Assembly: GCA_002269645.1 (NCBI GenBank)
Contig: NIVC01002923.1
Coordinates: forward strand, 7,933-71,932
DNA: 64,000 nucleotides
Reading direction: 5' to 3'
Source of the DNA: Macrostomum lignano
Taxonomy: Eukaryota
Part shown: positions 61,781 to 64,000 of the stretch, in pieces
How positions within the stretch are numbered: the first letter of the stretch is position 1
Layout: each line of letters opens with the position of its first letter
Notes under the pieces: model-generated
Databases searched by the model: none
Told to the model about the DNA's origin: nothing
The model's input: only the letters and a program-made list of their open reading frames with translations
Translations under genes and position numbers: made by a program

Positions 61781-62084
61781 AGTGGTTTAGAAGCCGCACT
61801 GCTTCAAGTATTCTCAGAAATGTTCAGCTACATAAGGCGAGAACTTTTTAGGCGCGTAAAATTTCACTGGCTGGAAGGAAATATCTTTTAGCTTCTGTAT
61901 TCCCACCCAGCAACAGGTGCAGTTTGGCACAGGGGTAAAACTGGCAGCCCACCGGGGCTCCAACACAATTCAACAATAGGCAGCAGGCATTAGGCGGGCA
62001 CCGCTGTCCCATCAATCAATCATTCCAATTTCCTATTGTTACACCAATTTGCATTATTTTGCATTAGGGGAGGGGGAAGTCTGG

Positions 62085-62310
<226 letters not shown>

Positions 62311-63324
62311 CGGAAAGCTGGACTGGCCTGAGCTACGTTCAGGGATTCCATAAAATTCTCATGGACTGGAAGGAAGAGCAAAAGATGTTTTAAAAGTTAT
62401 AAGCCTCACTTTCGGTCGTTAGGATATCTAATTGTTCGAGCTATTTAGCACTATAAGCGACACTGTTCTGGTCATTCTGTCTCAGACTGAGTTTCTAAAC
62501 CAGAAGAACGTGTTAAACAGCTAGCTTGTAGTCCTGGTCGTGCAGATCCGCAACACTTGTTGAAGGCGCTGCAGGCCTGCATTATTTAATTCCATTAGTT
62601 AGCAACAGGAAACGAAATTTCCCCCTGTCCCCCAGACTAGCGCTCGCCATTCCCAGCACCATCTCCCCAAAAAACTCATTTTTGCAACCCACGCCAGCTC
62701 CAAAAATCTTCCACTCCAACACTGGGGAGGCCAAAGCGAGTGAAAGCCTGAGCCACTGCACCTGTGTGGGATTTTCTCCTCACATCTCTCTTTCTCCCCG
62801 CTTCCCTACCCCCTCGGCAAGTGCAGATATTATAAATATTTTGTATCCAGGTGAGCCATGAGAGGGGCAGGGCATCTCAGGCAGACGGGTGTACCAGAAG
62901 AGGAAACAAATATTTTGCGCCAACAGTGCGCGAGCAGTTTCATTATGAAGCCCTCTGTAATTTAACATCTGTAATACTGTAAATCTGTTTCGTAAACTGA
63001 TGCTACAGACTAGACTAGAGCATCCATATCTACATAGTTATCACATAGAAATCTGATGGTTTAAACTACGTAGCAGGGGCGTCGGCACCGGCGGGGACAG
63101 GGGGGGGGCATGTCCCCCCCAGTAAAATCTATGGGGGGACATGCCAATGCTTTGTCCCCCAAACCCCTTTTTTATTAGAGGCAGGGGGGTTGTGTGCACC
63201 CTGGCGCACTTTAAGCGACACAGGCACACAACCGGCGAGAGGCATTACTGCCCATTCCGCCGACTCCCCTGAGCAGGCACACAGGCGCGCGGATACGTAC
63301 GCAGGCACACAGGCGCGCGGATAC

Positions 63325-63555
63325 GTACGCAGGCACACACTCACACAGGAGTGTACAGCGGCCCTAACTTTATATTATCGTTAGGCATGTACACTTCACT
63401 GTGCCTTGTGGGGGGGTTGGCTCTCAAGGCCGTAAATTGCACGAGCAGAGCCAAGCCGAGATTCCAATTCAGCCCCAAATTAATGTGACTGCACTTGGAA
63501 TCGAGCCTGGGTCGCTGGCACACCAGAGCAGCTGCGCTACCGCTGGGCTACGGCC
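63325..63555 (-). mobile_element. tRNA-derived SINE family B copy
   Basis: Minus-strand GTAGCCCAGCGGTAG..GGCTCGATTCC; shared 3' body CACACAGGAGTGTACAGCGGCCCT. Confidence 0.75.
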
Positions 63556-63644
63556 CCCCACCTTTGTGGTCCTTGTGGTCCCACGAAACCCACCTTGTGG
63601 TCCGTTATCGAAATCAATCAGATTGCTTCAGGGCGACAAAATAT

Positions 63645-64000
63645 AGCGCCTGCGGCACCAAAATGAGTGCCTGCGGCGCTAAAAAATATGTGGCCTGCGG
63701 CGCTAAAATGAGTGCCTGCGGCGCTAAAATGAGTGCCTGCGGCGCTAAAATGAGTGCCTGCGGCGCTAAAATGAGTGCCTGCGGCGCTAAAATGAGTGCC
63801 TGCGGCGCTAAAATGAGTGCTGCGGCGCTAAAATGAGTGCCTGCGGCGCTAAAATGAGTGCCTGCGGCACTAAAATGAGTGTCTGCGGCGCTAAGAGTAC
63901 CTGCGGCGCTAAAATGAGTGTCTGCGGCGCTAAGAGTACCTGCGGCGCTGAAATGAGTGCCTGCGGCGCTAAATGAGTGCCTGCGGCGCTAAAATGAAAT
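63645..64000. repeat. 21-bp minisatellite (GCCTGCGGCGCTAAAATGAGT)n, truncated by the window end
   Basis: Direct tandem copies. Confidence 0.95.

Noticed and set aside
62560-63290. G/C-run motifs (GGGGGGGCATGTCCCCCC; CCACTCCAACACTG) suggestive of hAT MITE ends
   Set aside because: A TIR pair with a TSD could not be matched, so no boundaries can be supported.

Overview
Eukaryotic genomic DNA with GC-rich exons, AT-rich spacers and introns packed with 16-41 bp minisatellites. This style is consistent with a free-living flatworm such as Macrostomum, which is inference only. Genes reconstructed by hand from splice sites and phase: (1) an uncharacterised 6-exon gene of about 1433 aa on the minus strand (8746-1051) with a BC-box/SOCS-box-like motif; (2) a 12-exon ATP10-like P4-ATPase flippase of about 1457 aa (27258-45696, +); (3) a single-exon 70-aa secreted-peptide candidate ending in PPSWPRP-GRR (49242-49454, +); (4) a 4-exon NEK11 kinase (53625-49837, -); (5) two 3' exons of a minus-strand gene with a tentatively kinesin-13-like tail (58221-59454). 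The 9-27 kb interval is a nested transposon cluster. It contains a decayed Ingi/I-group LINE (2A-like NPGP peptide, two PHD fingers, APE, RT, RNase H) interrupted by a 286-bp MITE, a second 5'-truncated LINE sitting in its (CAA)n tail, a degenerate hAT transposase with a 570-bp partial duplicate, a 413-bp MITE and a 434-bp Merlin deletion derivative. Elsewhere there are two tRNA-derived SINE families and a 991-bp Tc1-like foldback element. No true tRNA, rRNA or CRISPR array was found. Most ORFs in the supplied track are repeat-derived or antisense shadows.
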